64,000 bases of DNA from Candidatus Pacearchaeota archaeon. GTDB lineage: Archaea; Nanobdellota; Nanobdellia; Pacearchaeales; GW2011-AR1. This document shows positions 50,185 to 59,811 of the stretch, piece by piece. Numbering within the stretch: the first letter of the stretch is position 1; every line of letters starts with the position of its first letter. The DNA is taken from positions 231,637-295,636 of the forward strand of contig JAVZCO010000001.1 in NCBI GenBank assembly GCA_038874355.1. Direction: 5' to 3'. The notes under the pieces were generated by a model that worked only from the letters and a program-made list of their open reading frames with translations, was not told the DNA's origin and did no database searches. The position numbers were made by a program, and so were the translations under genes.

Positions 50185-51260
50185 TTTTTATTATATTTTT
50201 AATGACAATTTGTTATTCTTTAAATGAAAATATAATTTTTGAATATCAAAATGAAGTATATTATGGAAAAGATTTTTTTGTAAATTTAACACTTATTAAT
50301 TTTTCTGATGTTTATGATGTGAAAATTGACATTTTTAGCTTAAACGGAAGCAGATTATCAAAAATATTTAATAATGGAAATTGGGTTTCAACTTATTATT
50401 ATGTCAATAATGCTATTAATACTTCTATTTCAAATTTTTCTAATTTTAATCTTAATATAACAGAACCTTATAATGGAACAGCAATTATAAATATAACATT
50501 AAGAAAATCTTCAACATCTTCAACATATAAATTTGGGTCTTACTTTTTAAATATAATTTATATAAATAATTCTTTAGAAGAGGAAAACAAAACTGAAAAA
50601 GAAAAAGAAATAGAAGAAGATACAGAAAATCTAGATAATGAAGAGAAAATTTTTATTTCTTTAGATTATGAAAAAGAAATAGAAAATGGAAAAGAATTTG
50701 AAGTTAAAGTTAAAGCTTATAATCTAAAAGAAGAATATTATGATATAAAAATTTATATAACGAAGAAAAATACAGAAAACATAATATCAGAGACCTATAA
50801 TGATGAAAAATGGAAATCTTCTAATTATTATGTAAAAAATGTTTTTTATACAAAAGGAAATATATCAGAAATTTTTAAAGTAAGAATAGATTCCGATTAT
50901 TCTGATTTTTATGGAGATGCAGAAATTAAAGCAAAAATAAGAAGAAGCAATTCTTCTACTTATATTTATTTTTATAAAAATGAAATAAAAATACTAAAAA
51001 AAGAAATTTCAGAAAGTAATCTCCAAAAAGAAAAAATTAAAGAAAAAAATATTACAAGTAATATTTCTTTAAATATAAAAAATGCTTCTTATTTAGAAGA
51101 AAATGAAGATATTATAAGATTAAATTCAAAAAAAGAAAATTTAAAAACTAAAGAAAATAAACTTTATTTATCAAAAAATGAATACATAAAAGAGTATTTA
51201 ATATACTTTTTTACTCTTTTTTGTATTTTTGTTATAATATATATTATAAGACAGAAATAA
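50142..51260 (+). CDS. Predicted surface glycoprotein with two internal repeats and C-terminal TM anchor (start uncertain)
   Basis: N-terminal hydrophobic segment, many NxS/T sequons, duplicated YD(V/I)KI..W.S..YYV module, C-terminal TM. Confidence 0.7.
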   Translation: MSFLQKRNCWYLGLIFIIFLMTICYSLNENIIFEYQNEVYYGKDFFVNLTLINFSDVYDVKIDIFSLNGSRLSKIFNNGNWVSTYYYVNNAINTSISNFSNFNLNITEPYNGTAIINITLRKSSTSSTYKFGSYFLNIIYINNSLEEENKTEKEKEIEEDTENLDNEEKIFISLDYEKEIENGKEFEVKVKAYNLKEEYYDIKIYITKKNTENIISETYNDEKWKSSNYYVKNVFYTKGNISEIFKVRIDSDYSDFYGDAEIKAKIRRSNSSTYIYFYKNEIKILKKEISESNLQKEKIKEKNITSNISLNIKNASYLEENEDIIRLNSKKENLKTKENKLYLSKNEYIKEYLIYFFTLFCIFVIIYIIRQK

Positions 51261-51261
51261 A

Positions 51262-51786
51262 ATGGAAGAACAAAAATTAGAAGTAATTTTAATACTAGAA
51301 ATACTTGGGAAACCACCACAATACTTAATAGAGTCTTTATCTAAATTAATAGAAAGTATATCAAAGGAAAATGGTGTTAGTTTAATAAATAAAAAAATAG
51401 CAGAACCAAAAGAAATTGATAAAGAACATAATATTTTTTCTAGTTTTGCAGAAATCGAATTATCAGTAAAAGATGTAACAACTTTAATTATTTTAATCTT
51501 TAATTATATGCCTTCTCATGTAGAATTAATAAGCCCATCTTCCATAGAAATAAAAAATTATGATTTGAATAATTTTTTTAATGAATTGACAAGAAGATTG
51601 CATCAATATGATGAAATAGCAAAAATATCTATTTTAGAAAAAAATATATTAATAAATCAATTGAAGCAAATACAAAAGAATATCCAATCACAAAGAAATA
51701 ATACAGAAATAAATAAAGATGAAGAAAAAAAAGAAATTAAAAATAATATTTCAAAAGAAAATAAAAAAAAGTTAGGGAAAAAATAA
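51262..51786 (+). CDS. Hypothetical protein
   Basis: 174-aa ORF, EILGKP, FSSFAEIE, YMPSHVE; no function recognised. Confidence 0.7.
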   Translation: MEEQKLEVILILEILGKPPQYLIESLSKLIESISKENGVSLINKKIAEPKEIDKEHNIFSSFAEIELSVKDVTTLIILIFNYMPSHVELISPSSIEIKNYDLNNFFNELTRRLHQYDEIAKISILEKNILINQLKQIQKNIQSQRNNTEINKDEEKKEIKNNISKENKKKLGKK

Positions 51787-51814
51787 AAAGAAGTAATGGA
51801 AAAATAAAGAACAT

Positions 51815-53125
51815 CTATCTTTCTAAACTTTCCTTCGTCTCTTTTAAATCAAATTTTTCTTCATATCTTTTTGTTCTTTCTTTTAATATTTCTTTTGCTT
51901 CTTTTTTCTTTATCTTCGTCTTTTTTATAATAAAAAATATTAAACCACCTAAAATAATTATTAAAATAAATACAACAAAATTAGTATTCTTATTATTTTT
52001 ATCTTTTATTAATTTTACACATTCTGCATTTAAACAACATTTTTTTTCATAAGGATATTCTAAACTTTTTTCTAAGCTACTATTACAATATTCATCTTGG
52101 TTACATATTTTCCCAATTTCATAACAATGCTTCAAATATTCTTTACTTTCATTAACTAAAGATTCGTTTTCTGTTAATTTTATAAAAAATTTCATTTCTG
52201 TAAAATAATAAGGATAAAAACTTTCTGCTGCTATATTACCATATAAATCATTTGGTGGGGATATAATTCCTATTTCTATTTCTGAATAATTTTTAGAAGG
52301 AATAATATTTATTTTTTTAGGATATATATCGACATAATCATTTAATTCAGAAGATATTGTAATTTTTATTTCTTTAATGTCAAATGTTCCATTATTAAAA
52401 AGATAGATTTTTTTATTTATTTGAGAATTATTTTTAATATATATAGTTTCATTTAAAGGGTAAAAAATTAATATATTTGTAAAATTAGAAAAATTTTCTA
52501 TATTATTATTCGTTAAATTATGGTATGGGTAAATAAGAATTGGGATTTCGTACTTTTGATTTTCACATTCAATAATTATTTTTTTCATAGAATTATTTTT
52601 AATATCTTTTATAGAAAAAAGAATATTTTTTTCTTCTCCAGCTTTAAGAGAAAAATTTTTTATTTCTTTCTCAAAAGTTGTTTTTACATTAATATTCCCT
52701 TTATTAGAAATAACTTTTATAAAAAAATCTTTATTAGTAATAATAAAGCCAGGATTTATACTACACAAAGAAATATTTCCTTTAACAGAAAAATTAAATT
52801 TTAAATCTTCTTTTTTTATTTTTCCCTCTTCAAAGTAATATACATCTTTTATTATTAATGTATAATTTCTTTCTTTGTTTGGTAAAATAGCATATAAATA
52901 ATAAGAATTTTCTATTTTATTTATATCATATATCATAGATATAAAAATTCCATCCGAATAAAAAAATATATTATCTGCTTTTATATTTTCTAAAAAATTA
53001 CCATCTATTTTTATTATTAAAGTTTCTAATGGAGAATATTCATTCTTTAAATTAGTTTCTATACCCAAACTTAACGGAATAACAAATAAGAAAAATGATA
53101 AAATAAAAAATATTTTTATTCTCAT
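51815..53125 (-). CDS. Predicted surface protein: signal peptide, beta-rich ectodomain, Cys module, TM anchor
   Basis: N-terminal signal, NxS/T sequons, CYEIGKIC..C..CC..C, hydrophobic anchor with basic tail. Confidence 0.7.
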   Translation of the reverse strand: MRIKIFFILSFFLFVIPLSLGIETNLKNEYSPLETLIIKIDGNFLENIKADNIFFYSDGIFISMIYDINKIENSYYLYAILPNKERNYTLIIKDVYYFEEGKIKKEDLKFNFSVKGNISLCSINPGFIITNKDFFIKVISNKGNINVKTTFEKEIKNFSLKAGEEKNILFSIKDIKNNSMKKIIIECENQKYEIPILIYPYHNLTNNNIENFSNFTNILIFYPLNETIYIKNNSQINKKIYLFNNGTFDIKEIKITISSELNDYVDIYPKKINIIPSKNYSEIEIGIISPPNDLYGNIAAESFYPYYFTEMKFFIKLTENESLVNESKEYLKHCYEIGKICNQDEYCNSSLEKSLEYPYEKKCCLNAECVKLIKDKNNKNTNFVVFILIIILGGLIFFIIKKTKIKKKEAKEILKERTKRYEEKFDLKETKESLER

Positions 53126-53180
53126 AAATGAAAAAAGAAGAATATATTAATAAACTTTTTGTATAGGTATTGGTATTATA

Positions 53181-55073
53181 TTATTCTTTGCTTAATTCCC
53201 TCAATTTTTTCATTGTTTCTTCTAATTCTTCATCTTTTTTAGAAGATTGTGCAGGCTTTTTTATCGGTTGTTGTATAGTCCTTAAAGGAGTAATTTGTTT
53301 TTGTTGATATTGCTGTTTTGGCAAACTTCCTAAACCATATCTTTGTAATGGTAAATAAGATTTTGAAGTAGGATAAGTTGTTGAAGTTGAAGGTGGAAAT
53401 GGAGGTCTTTTTGTTTTTATAACACTACTTTCTTTATAACCACTTCTTCTTTTAAAAAGAACAATCCTTATTCTGTTTCTGAAAATTATTAATAAGATTA
53501 CTATTATTATCATCAGTACTAATAAAAAGATTAATAATCCCTTTCCTTTCTTAGGTTCTTCTTTTTCTGAACAACATACTTTATTATCATTACATTCATA
53601 ATCTTTTTCTTCTTCATAATCTTTACAAGAAATTCTACAAGTATAATTATAACTTTCACATTCACTTTCTTCTTCTTTCTTTTCGCATTCTCCTAAACAA
53701 CAATAATTAGTATCAGCTGCATTAACAGTAGAAATAGAACATATTTCATCATTTTTACATATTTCTCCATAGCCATAATAACCAGATAGTTTTTGCATTT
53801 CGGAACATTTTTTCAAAATTATATTTTTTGAGCAACATTTATTTAATCCACTACAATAATATTGACTTAAAACTTCTCCTCCAACATCTTCACAATCTAA
53901 TGCAGACAAACAAAAATACCCTTTATCTATACAATTTTCTTTTTGAGGTATCTCATCACTACTTACTACAGATGGTCTTGGCCACCCAGCCCACAGTAAA
54001 AAAGAAGTATCTCTTATATTACCATTATTCCAGCATCCATCTTGTTGTTGCATTTCTTTTAACCATTCTTCTAATTTATTAAATGATTCATAAGACTTTG
54101 TTTTTATAGAAAATAAAGCAATAGCACTATCATAAAATTTTCCCTTTCCACTATTTAAATCCCAATAACCTTGACTTTTTTGTAAAGAAAGAATGTTTTC
54201 TATGTAATCATCAGTTTTAGTAAAATAATACAAAAAAGCATCTGGAAATAATTTTTGATTATCATCAGAATAAATAACTAAATATGGAATAAAATTTTTT
54301 ATATCATAACCGGCTTGTTGTAAAGCTAAAGAAGCAAATAAAGAAGCTTCATAATTACAATTATTTTTATCATCAGAAAAACAAAAATAGTTAATATTAT
54401 GAGTGACTTCGCTATTAGCAGAACCGGAATTTACTTCACTAGAAACATACCATACGTCGCTAATTATAGATTTTTTGTATAATAAAGTTGTAATAAAATT
54501 TTCGCTACAAGAAATAGTGAAATTATTGTCGAAACAACTCTCTTTAATTCTTAACCAATATCCATTATTTGCAATTTCTAAACAAGAACTAGAAGTAAAA
54601 GTAATTTTTTTATCTTCATTTATTATTAGTTTTGTATTGCCATTGTTCCATTTAACACTACAATTGCTTTTTTTTTCACTATCTATTACTAAATAAACCT
54701 GAATATCTTTTGCCTTTATTTTTTTACTTATTAACCATTCTTCTAATTTTAAAGTATTCTGATTGGAGTAATGTAAAGCTAATGTTGCTAAAGCAGTATC
54801 TTTAACTTTACAAGAATTTTTTGGGAAACAGTCATTAGATTTTTCTTTATTTATTTCTGTAACTAATTTGGAATTAAAAGAAGAATCATGAGCTAATGCA
54901 AGTAAAGAAAAACTTTTTTCTTCTAAGGATAAAGAATTTATTTTTTCATTTACTTTTTGTTTTAAACAAGAATATGCTTTTTCTTCCATCGTTTCATTAG
55001 AAGTAGCTATTACTAAATTTAAACAAAAAATTATAAAAAGAAAGGATAACATAAAACTTACTCTTTTTTTCAT
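53181..55073 (-). CDS. Predicted surface protein with prenyltransferase/squalene-cyclase-like helical repeats, Cys modules, TM and Pro/Gln-rich cytoplasmic tail
   Basis: DTALATLAL, WL...Q..DG.W (LQKSQGYW, MQQQDGCW) QW-like repeats; three Cys clusters; TM LLIFLLVLMIIIVILLII. Confidence 0.65.
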   Translation of the reverse strand: MKKRVSFMLSFLFIIFCLNLVIATSNETMEEKAYSCLKQKVNEKINSLSLEEKSFSLLALAHDSSFNSKLVTEINKEKSNDCFPKNSCKVKDTALATLALHYSNQNTLKLEEWLISKKIKAKDIQVYLVIDSEKKSNCSVKWNNGNTKLIINEDKKITFTSSSCLEIANNGYWLRIKESCFDNNFTISCSENFITTLLYKKSIISDVWYVSSEVNSGSANSEVTHNINYFCFSDDKNNCNYEASLFASLALQQAGYDIKNFIPYLVIYSDDNQKLFPDAFLYYFTKTDDYIENILSLQKSQGYWDLNSGKGKFYDSAIALFSIKTKSYESFNKLEEWLKEMQQQDGCWNNGNIRDTSFLLWAGWPRPSVVSSDEIPQKENCIDKGYFCLSALDCEDVGGEVLSQYYCSGLNKCCSKNIILKKCSEMQKLSGYYGYGEICKNDEICSISTVNAADTNYCCLGECEKKEEESECESYNYTCRISCKDYEEEKDYECNDNKVCCSEKEEPKKGKGLLIFLLVLMIIIVILLIIFRNRIRIVLFKRRSGYKESSVIKTKRPPFPPSTSTTYPTSKSYLPLQRYGLGSLPKQQYQQKQITPLRTIQQPIKKPAQSSKKDEELEETMKKLRELSKE

Positions 55074-55149
55074 AAATATTTATAGTAGAATAGTATTTAA
55101 AATACTTTCGTTTAAAAAATTTTATAAATATATTATTCTATATAATTTC

Positions 55150-55479
55150 ATGAGACTCGGCGATTTAATCTCTTTAATTTTTGAAGAATACAGAAAGGGA
55201 GAAGAAAATCTAAAAGATCCTTTATTAGAAATTACAAGAGAATTAATAAATATAGAAAATATAGTGCAAGAAACTTATCCGTTTTTTAAAATATCAAATG
55301 TCTATTTATTCTCTTTAGATATCAGTTTAAAAAAATATGAAGAAATTCAAAATAAATCAAATTTGATTAATTTTATTGAAACTCTTAATTTAAGAGAAGA
55401 ATTAAGAGAATATCTGGAGAATAAAGTTATAGAAAATTACAAAAATAAATATCCATTTATTAACAAATTTTTAAAATGA
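55150..55479 (+). CDS. Hypothetical protein
   Basis: 109-aa ORF with TTTATAAA 29 nt upstream. Confidence 0.55.
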   Translation: MRLGDLISLIFEEYRKGEENLKDPLLEITRELINIENIVQETYPFFKISNVYLFSLDISLKKYEEIQNKSNLINFIETLNLREELREYLENKVIENYKNKYPFINKFLK

Positions 55480-56271
55480 ATTTTCATTAAAACAAATATT
55501 TTTAAAATTACACATTTGACATTTTTTAAAATTACTGATTATTGGTATACTTTTCTTTTCTTTTAATACATTTTTAATTTCTTCCAAAATTTCTAAAAAT
55601 TCTTTCTTTAATTTATCATTAATTTCAATTTTCTTTTCTTCTTTTTTTGTTTCTATAAAGCCAAAATTAACTTTTCTATCAAATTTCTCTTCTAACAATA
55701 AGGCATATCCAACCAATTGCAGTTTATCTTCTTCATAAATTCTATCTTTATTTTTTATTTCATAAGGAATAATATTATCATTTATCTCCACCCTATCTAT
55801 TCTTCCCTTTAAAAATAATTTTTTAGAAATTATCTCAATTTCTGAATAATATTTTCTTGGTAAATTTTCCCATAATTTTTCTTCAAAATATCCTTTATTT
55901 ATTCCTTCTTCCAGAGAAGATACTCTCAACAAAATTTCCCTTTCTAATTTATTTAAAATATTTTTCTTTAATTCAAATACATTTATATTATATTTTAAAA
56001 TTTTTTCTTCATTTATTTTTATTATTTCACTTAATATTTTTAATACTTCAAATTTATACATCTTTAATATTTCTTCTCTGCCTATTTTTTTTCTTATTCT
56101 TGTTATTATTTCTTTTTCATTTTTATTAAATATATCAAAAATATCATGTTTAATCTTTCCTTCAATCATTCTAGGTGTTGGTTTTTCTTTAATTTTCATT
56201 ATTCTTTTTATATACATCTTTCTTGGGCAATATAGATAAGAAGCAATTTCTGTAACATTTAAAAATCTCAT
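55471..56271 (-). CDS. cas4: Solo Cas4/Dna2-like PD-(D/E)xK nuclease with Fe-S cysteines
   Basis: YLYCPR, G..H, GRID, EIK, QL..YALL, C..C.....C. Confidence 0.85.
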   Translation of the reverse strand: MRFLNVTEIASYLYCPRKMYIKRIMKIKEKPTPRMIEGKIKHDIFDIFNKNEKEIITRIRKKIGREEILKMYKFEVLKILSEIIKINEEKILKYNINVFELKKNILNKLEREILLRVSSLEEGINKGYFEEKLWENLPRKYYSEIEIISKKLFLKGRIDRVEINDNIIPYEIKNKDRIYEEDKLQLVGYALLLEEKFDRKVNFGFIETKKEEKKIEINDKLKKEFLEILEEIKNVLKEKKSIPIISNFKKCQMCNFKNICFNENSF

Positions 56272-57500
56272 TTTTTTTTCATTATTTTATTTTTTAGTAT
56301 AGTATAATTAATAGGATTTTTTATCTTTTTACAAAAATCATCAGAATAACATATATCTATATCCTTGTAATAAGATTTATCACAATTAGGAGGTAATATT
56401 CCCTTGTGTAAAAAATTATATTTTATTTGTTGTAATAAATAATTTTCTTTTAAAGGTTTTTTATTTTTTAAATTCCATTCCTCTACTTTTTTTAATATTT
56501 CTTCTTTTGTAAAATTTAAACTTCTATAATAATTTATTAAAATAAAAAGAGCTCTTTTTCTTCCATCATCTAAGCCTTCTAATATTTTTTTTATACACGG
56601 AGGGTAATATATTGTAGATTTGTCTATTTCTATTTTTTCAAAATTTTTTGTATAAATTTTTTCTTCTTTTTTTATACTTTCTTTCCAATCTAATGCTTGT
56701 ATTAGTAATTCCTTTGCTTCATTTTTTCTAGCTTCTGGATAAAAATTTTTTACTTTTATTTTTAAGTAATGAGCATCCTTCGGTTCAAATGAATCTAATT
56801 CTTTTTTTTCTATAACAACAGAAACTAAACCAGTTTTTTCATGTAAAGAATAAGGAGTTCTGAATAAATGTCTTGAGGAAACTAGAACTAAGTCGGGAAT
56901 AACTCTTTTTGCTTCTTGTTCGTCCCTTATGTAATCTTTTTTTGTTGTTATCCTTGAAATTTCTTTTATTAATTCTTTTTCAACAAACTTATGTAAATAA
57001 GAAATTATTGTCCTAGGAAATTCTGGGAACATCTTCCTTATTTCAATATTGTTTATTTTTTCTGGAAAAGCTTTCCATGGAATTATTATGTGGAATCCTT
57101 TGCTTCCAGAAAATTTTATTCCATAATTTTTTATATCATGGAATTCTAAGGTTTTTATTATTAGCTTAGTCATTATTTTACTATATTCAAAGTATTTACT
57201 ATCGATATCTAAAATTAAATCCCAACCAATTCTTAATTCATCCATTTCTTTTCTATCTAAATTTTTACTTAAATCTAAAGGATTTTTCCATAATTCTTCG
57301 GAACAATGGAAACTTGTAGCACCTTTTTTAACTTCTTGTAAGATTTCATCTTCATATTCTATTATATTTGGCCTTTTTCCAAAATTTTCTTGATATTTTG
57401 TTATCGTTTCTCTGTTTTTACAAAAATCTTTTATTGCTTTTTGTATCTCTTTTCTAGAATAATAAATCTTGCTTATTTCTTTTATACTCTCTTTTTTCAT
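56268..57500 (-). CDS. DNA primase, fused PriS catalytic domain + PriL C-terminal Fe-S domain
   Basis: WDLILDID, FSGSKGFH, D....RHLFR.PYSLHEKT, then PPCI..I..G...GRKR...PPNC..C....C..KNP. Confidence 0.9.
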   Translation of the reverse strand: MKKESIKEISKIYYSRKEIQKAIKDFCKNRETITKYQENFGKRPNIIEYEDEILQEVKKGATSFHCSEELWKNPLDLSKNLDRKEMDELRIGWDLILDIDSKYFEYSKIMTKLIIKTLEFHDIKNYGIKFSGSKGFHIIIPWKAFPEKINNIEIRKMFPEFPRTIISYLHKFVEKELIKEISRITTKKDYIRDEQEAKRVIPDLVLVSSRHLFRTPYSLHEKTGLVSVVIEKKELDSFEPKDAHYLKIKVKNFYPEARKNEAKELLIQALDWKESIKKEEKIYTKNFEKIEIDKSTIYYPPCIKKILEGLDDGRKRALFILINYYRSLNFTKEEILKKVEEWNLKNKKPLKENYLLQQIKYNFLHKGILPPNCDKSYYKDIDICYSDDFCKKIKNPINYTILKNKIMKKK

Positions 57501-57555
57501 TTTTATATAAAAAATAATAACAAAGCTTTTAAACTCTTCCTTTTATTTATTTATT

Positions 57556-58278
57556 ATGTTATTAAAATTTATTAATCCTAAATTATTTGTAGATATAATA
57601 AGTATAATTTCAGAATTAGTCACAGAAGTGAAAATAAAAATAAATAAAGATGGTTTAACAATAATAGCAATAGATCCCGCTAATGTTTCTCTGGTTTATT
57701 TTAAAATTCCACCATCCGCATTTTCTATTATAGATATTGAAGAAGAAGAAATATTAGGAGTTAATTTAGATAATCTAAAAACAATACTTAAAAGATATTC
57801 AGCAGGAGATTTAATTTTTCAAACAGAAGAAAATTCTCTAATCATAGAAATACAAGAAAAAATAAAAAGGACTTTTAATCTAGCATTAATAAGTTTGGAT
57901 GAAGAGGAAAAATCAATTCCTACTTTAGATTTCAAAGCAAATGTTCAAATGAGTAGTGTAGATTTTGATATAGCAATACAAGATTGTTCTATAGTTTCAG
58001 AATCTTGTGCATTTATAATTAAAGATAATAAATTTGTCATAGAAGCTCATAGCTTAAATTCAGCAAAATTAGAATTTTCCTCTGATGAAGTTAAAGTGGC
58101 AGGAATCGCTAAATCTAAATATTCTTTAGAATATTTAAAAAAATTTACTAAAGCTTGCAAATTAACAGATAGTGTTTCAATAAGTTTTGCTGATGATTAT
58201 CCATTACAATTAAAATTTTATTCTTCTTCCTTTGAATTAATTTTTATTTTAGCCCCAAGAGTTGAGACAGAAGATTAA
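57556..58278 (+). CDS. pcn: DNA polymerase sliding clamp PCNA
   Basis: AIDPANVSL, GVNL, YSLEYL, DYPL, LAPRVE. Confidence 0.97.
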   Translation: MLLKFINPKLFVDIISIISELVTEVKIKINKDGLTIIAIDPANVSLVYFKIPPSAFSIIDIEEEEILGVNLDNLKTILKRYSAGDLIFQTEENSLIIEIQEKIKRTFNLALISLDEEEKSIPTLDFKANVQMSSVDFDIAIQDCSIVSESCAFIIKDNKFVIEAHSLNSAKLEFSSDEVKVAGIAKSKYSLEYLKKFTKACKLTDSVSISFADDYPLQLKFYSSSFELIFILAPRVETED

Positions 58279-58378
58279 TTTTTAATTTAAAATAAATTAA
58301 TTCTTTCTATTCCTGGAAAGATTTATATACTTATAATTTTTATTATTATGTATTATTTAGTAATAAAAAATAAATAAA

Positions 58379-58395
58379 ATATTACAAAGTAATAT
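58379..58395. promoter_or_regulatory. Palindrome ATATTAC-AAA-GTAATAT, candidate operator
   Basis: Perfect 7-bp inverted repeat 38 nt upstream of an RHH gene; degenerate copy TATTAT-TTA-GTAATA at ~58351-58365. Confidence 0.45.
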
Positions 58396-58433
58396 AAAAT
58401 AATACGAAGTTAGAATAAAAAAGAGGAAAAATA

Positions 58434-58580
58434 ATGAAATTAAGAATTTCTGCAACTATAGAAAAAGAAACTCTAGAAAAAATTAAAAAAATTCTTAATA
58501 AAGGAAAGTATCGTAATTTATCTCATTTTATAGAGGAGGCAATAAAAGATTTTTATGAGAGAAATAAAGGTGGAAGATAA
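58434..58580 (+). CDS. Ribbon-helix-helix DNA-binding protein (48 aa)
   Basis: Manually translated MKLRISATIEKETLEKIKKILNKGKYRNLSHFIEEAIKDFYERNKGGR*; GAGG upstream; absent from ORF track. Confidence 0.8.
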   Translation: MKLRISATIEKETLEKIKKILNKGKYRNLSHFIEEAIKDFYERNKGGR

Positions 58581-58581
58581 T

Positions 58582-58806
58582 ATGCTCTTTAAAAAATTCT
58601 TAGGAATAACAAAAGAAATGGAAATATCTTGTTTAGAAGGATTAATTTCAAGATTAGAACATAATCCAAATGATAAAAAACTAATAGATAGAATTCGAAT
58701 AGGATTAAATGAATGTAAAAGAGATTATGGAATAGAATCAATATCTTATTATGAAAAAAAATATTACGAAATATTAAAAAACTTAATAGAAAAAAATGAA
58801 AAATAA
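58582..58806 (+). CDS. Small hypothetical protein
   Basis: In-frame ATG right after RHH stop (TAATATG) with AGGTGG upstream; ORF track start 58555 overlaps the RHH gene. Confidence 0.55.
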   Translation: MLFKKFLGITKEMEISCLEGLISRLEHNPNDKKLIDRIRIGLNECKRDYGIESISYYEKKYYEILKNLIEKNEK

Positions 58807-59587
58807 ATCTCAAACAACTTTGTTTGTTATAGTATCAATTCTTATAGTTTCTACAATTCTTTTATTTTTTTTTATTACAAGAGGAAAAACAATATTAAAA
58901 CCAGAAATTTCTTATATAGAACCTGAAGAATATATAAAAAAATGTGCAAAAGATTCTGTTACAGATGCTATAAATATTTTATTAGATCAAGGTGGAAATT
59001 TAAATCCAAAAAATTATCTTATTTTTGAAAATAAAAAAGTTTCTTTTTTATGTTACAATAGAAATTATTATTCTTCTTGTATTATACAATATCCTTTACT
59101 TGTAAATCATATAGAAAATGAAATTATAGATTATTCTCTTCCTAAAATAAAAGATTGTCTTTATAATTTATCTAAAAATTATAAGGAAAGAGGTTATGAA
59201 ATAGATTATGATCAACCAAAATTAGAAATAAAATTAAAACCAAATAAAGTTGATATAAATATTCTTTTTCAAAAAGGATTAATTATATCAAAAGAAGATA
59301 GCTTAAAAAAGTATGATGAGATTAAAACATATATTAGTTCTCCAATATATGATTTAGCAGATTTGGCATTAGAAATAGCAAGTCAAGAAGCAAAGTATTG
59401 TTATTTTTCAGTTTTAGGTTATTCTTTGTTATATCAAAGAATAGAAGTTAAAGTAACTCCATCGTTAAGAACATTAAATAATCCAGAAAGAATAGAAAGA
59501 GGGAAAATTTATATTTTAAAAGATATTTATAGTGGTAAGAAATTTTATTTTGCTGTTCGTGGATGCGAAATCCCACCTGGAATATAA
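58796..59587 (+). CDS. Type IV pilin-like protein (class III signal peptide)
   Basis: MKNKS/QTTLFVIVSILIV: basic, small residue, Q+1, hydrophobic stretch; paralog at 63733. Confidence 0.65.
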   Translation: MKNKSQTTLFVIVSILIVSTILLFFFITRGKTILKPEISYIEPEEYIKKCAKDSVTDAINILLDQGGNLNPKNYLIFENKKVSFLCYNRNYYSSCIIQYPLLVNHIENEIIDYSLPKIKDCLYNLSKNYKERGYEIDYDQPKLEIKLKPNKVDINILFQKGLIISKEDSLKKYDEIKTYISSPIYDLADLALEIASQEAKYCYFSVLGYSLLYQRIEVKVTPSLRTLNNPERIERGKIYILKDIYSGKKFYFAVRGCEIPPGI

Positions 59588-59811
59588 AAAATAAAAATGA
59601 GAAAAGTAGAAGAAAGAAAATAAAATAACATATAGGAAAGAGGTGACAAAAAATAGATAGAAAAATATGTGTGAAGAGAAGAAAAAGTAAAAAAATAAAT
59701 AAAATAAAAAAGAAAAGCGTATAAAAAAGATTAAGAGAAGTAAAAATCAATAAAAGAAAATAAAAAAGATGTGATAAAGAAAAATAAAAAGAAAAAAATC
59801 CAGAATAAAAA

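Noticed and set aside
8138..56129. Many antisense/overlapping ORFs (e.g. 8138, 13274, 19456, 20507, 22091, 22293, 25683, 29173, 29373, 29949, 31495, 32123, 33941, 38141, 38611, 40567, 41004, 41773, 42524, 46871, 46873, 47064, 49938, 52520, 53828, 54403, 55857)
   Set aside because: F/L/I/S-rich shadows of Lys/Glu-rich genes on the opposite strand; no motifs
17250..57500. Inteins or introns in aglB, ftsZ, primase or the tRNA
   Set aside because: Lengths are ordinary; no intein termini, LAGLIDADG motifs or BHB intron noticed
55000..58500. CRISPR-Cas locus around cas4
   Set aside because: No repeat-spacer array and no cas1/cas2 or effector genes seen in the window
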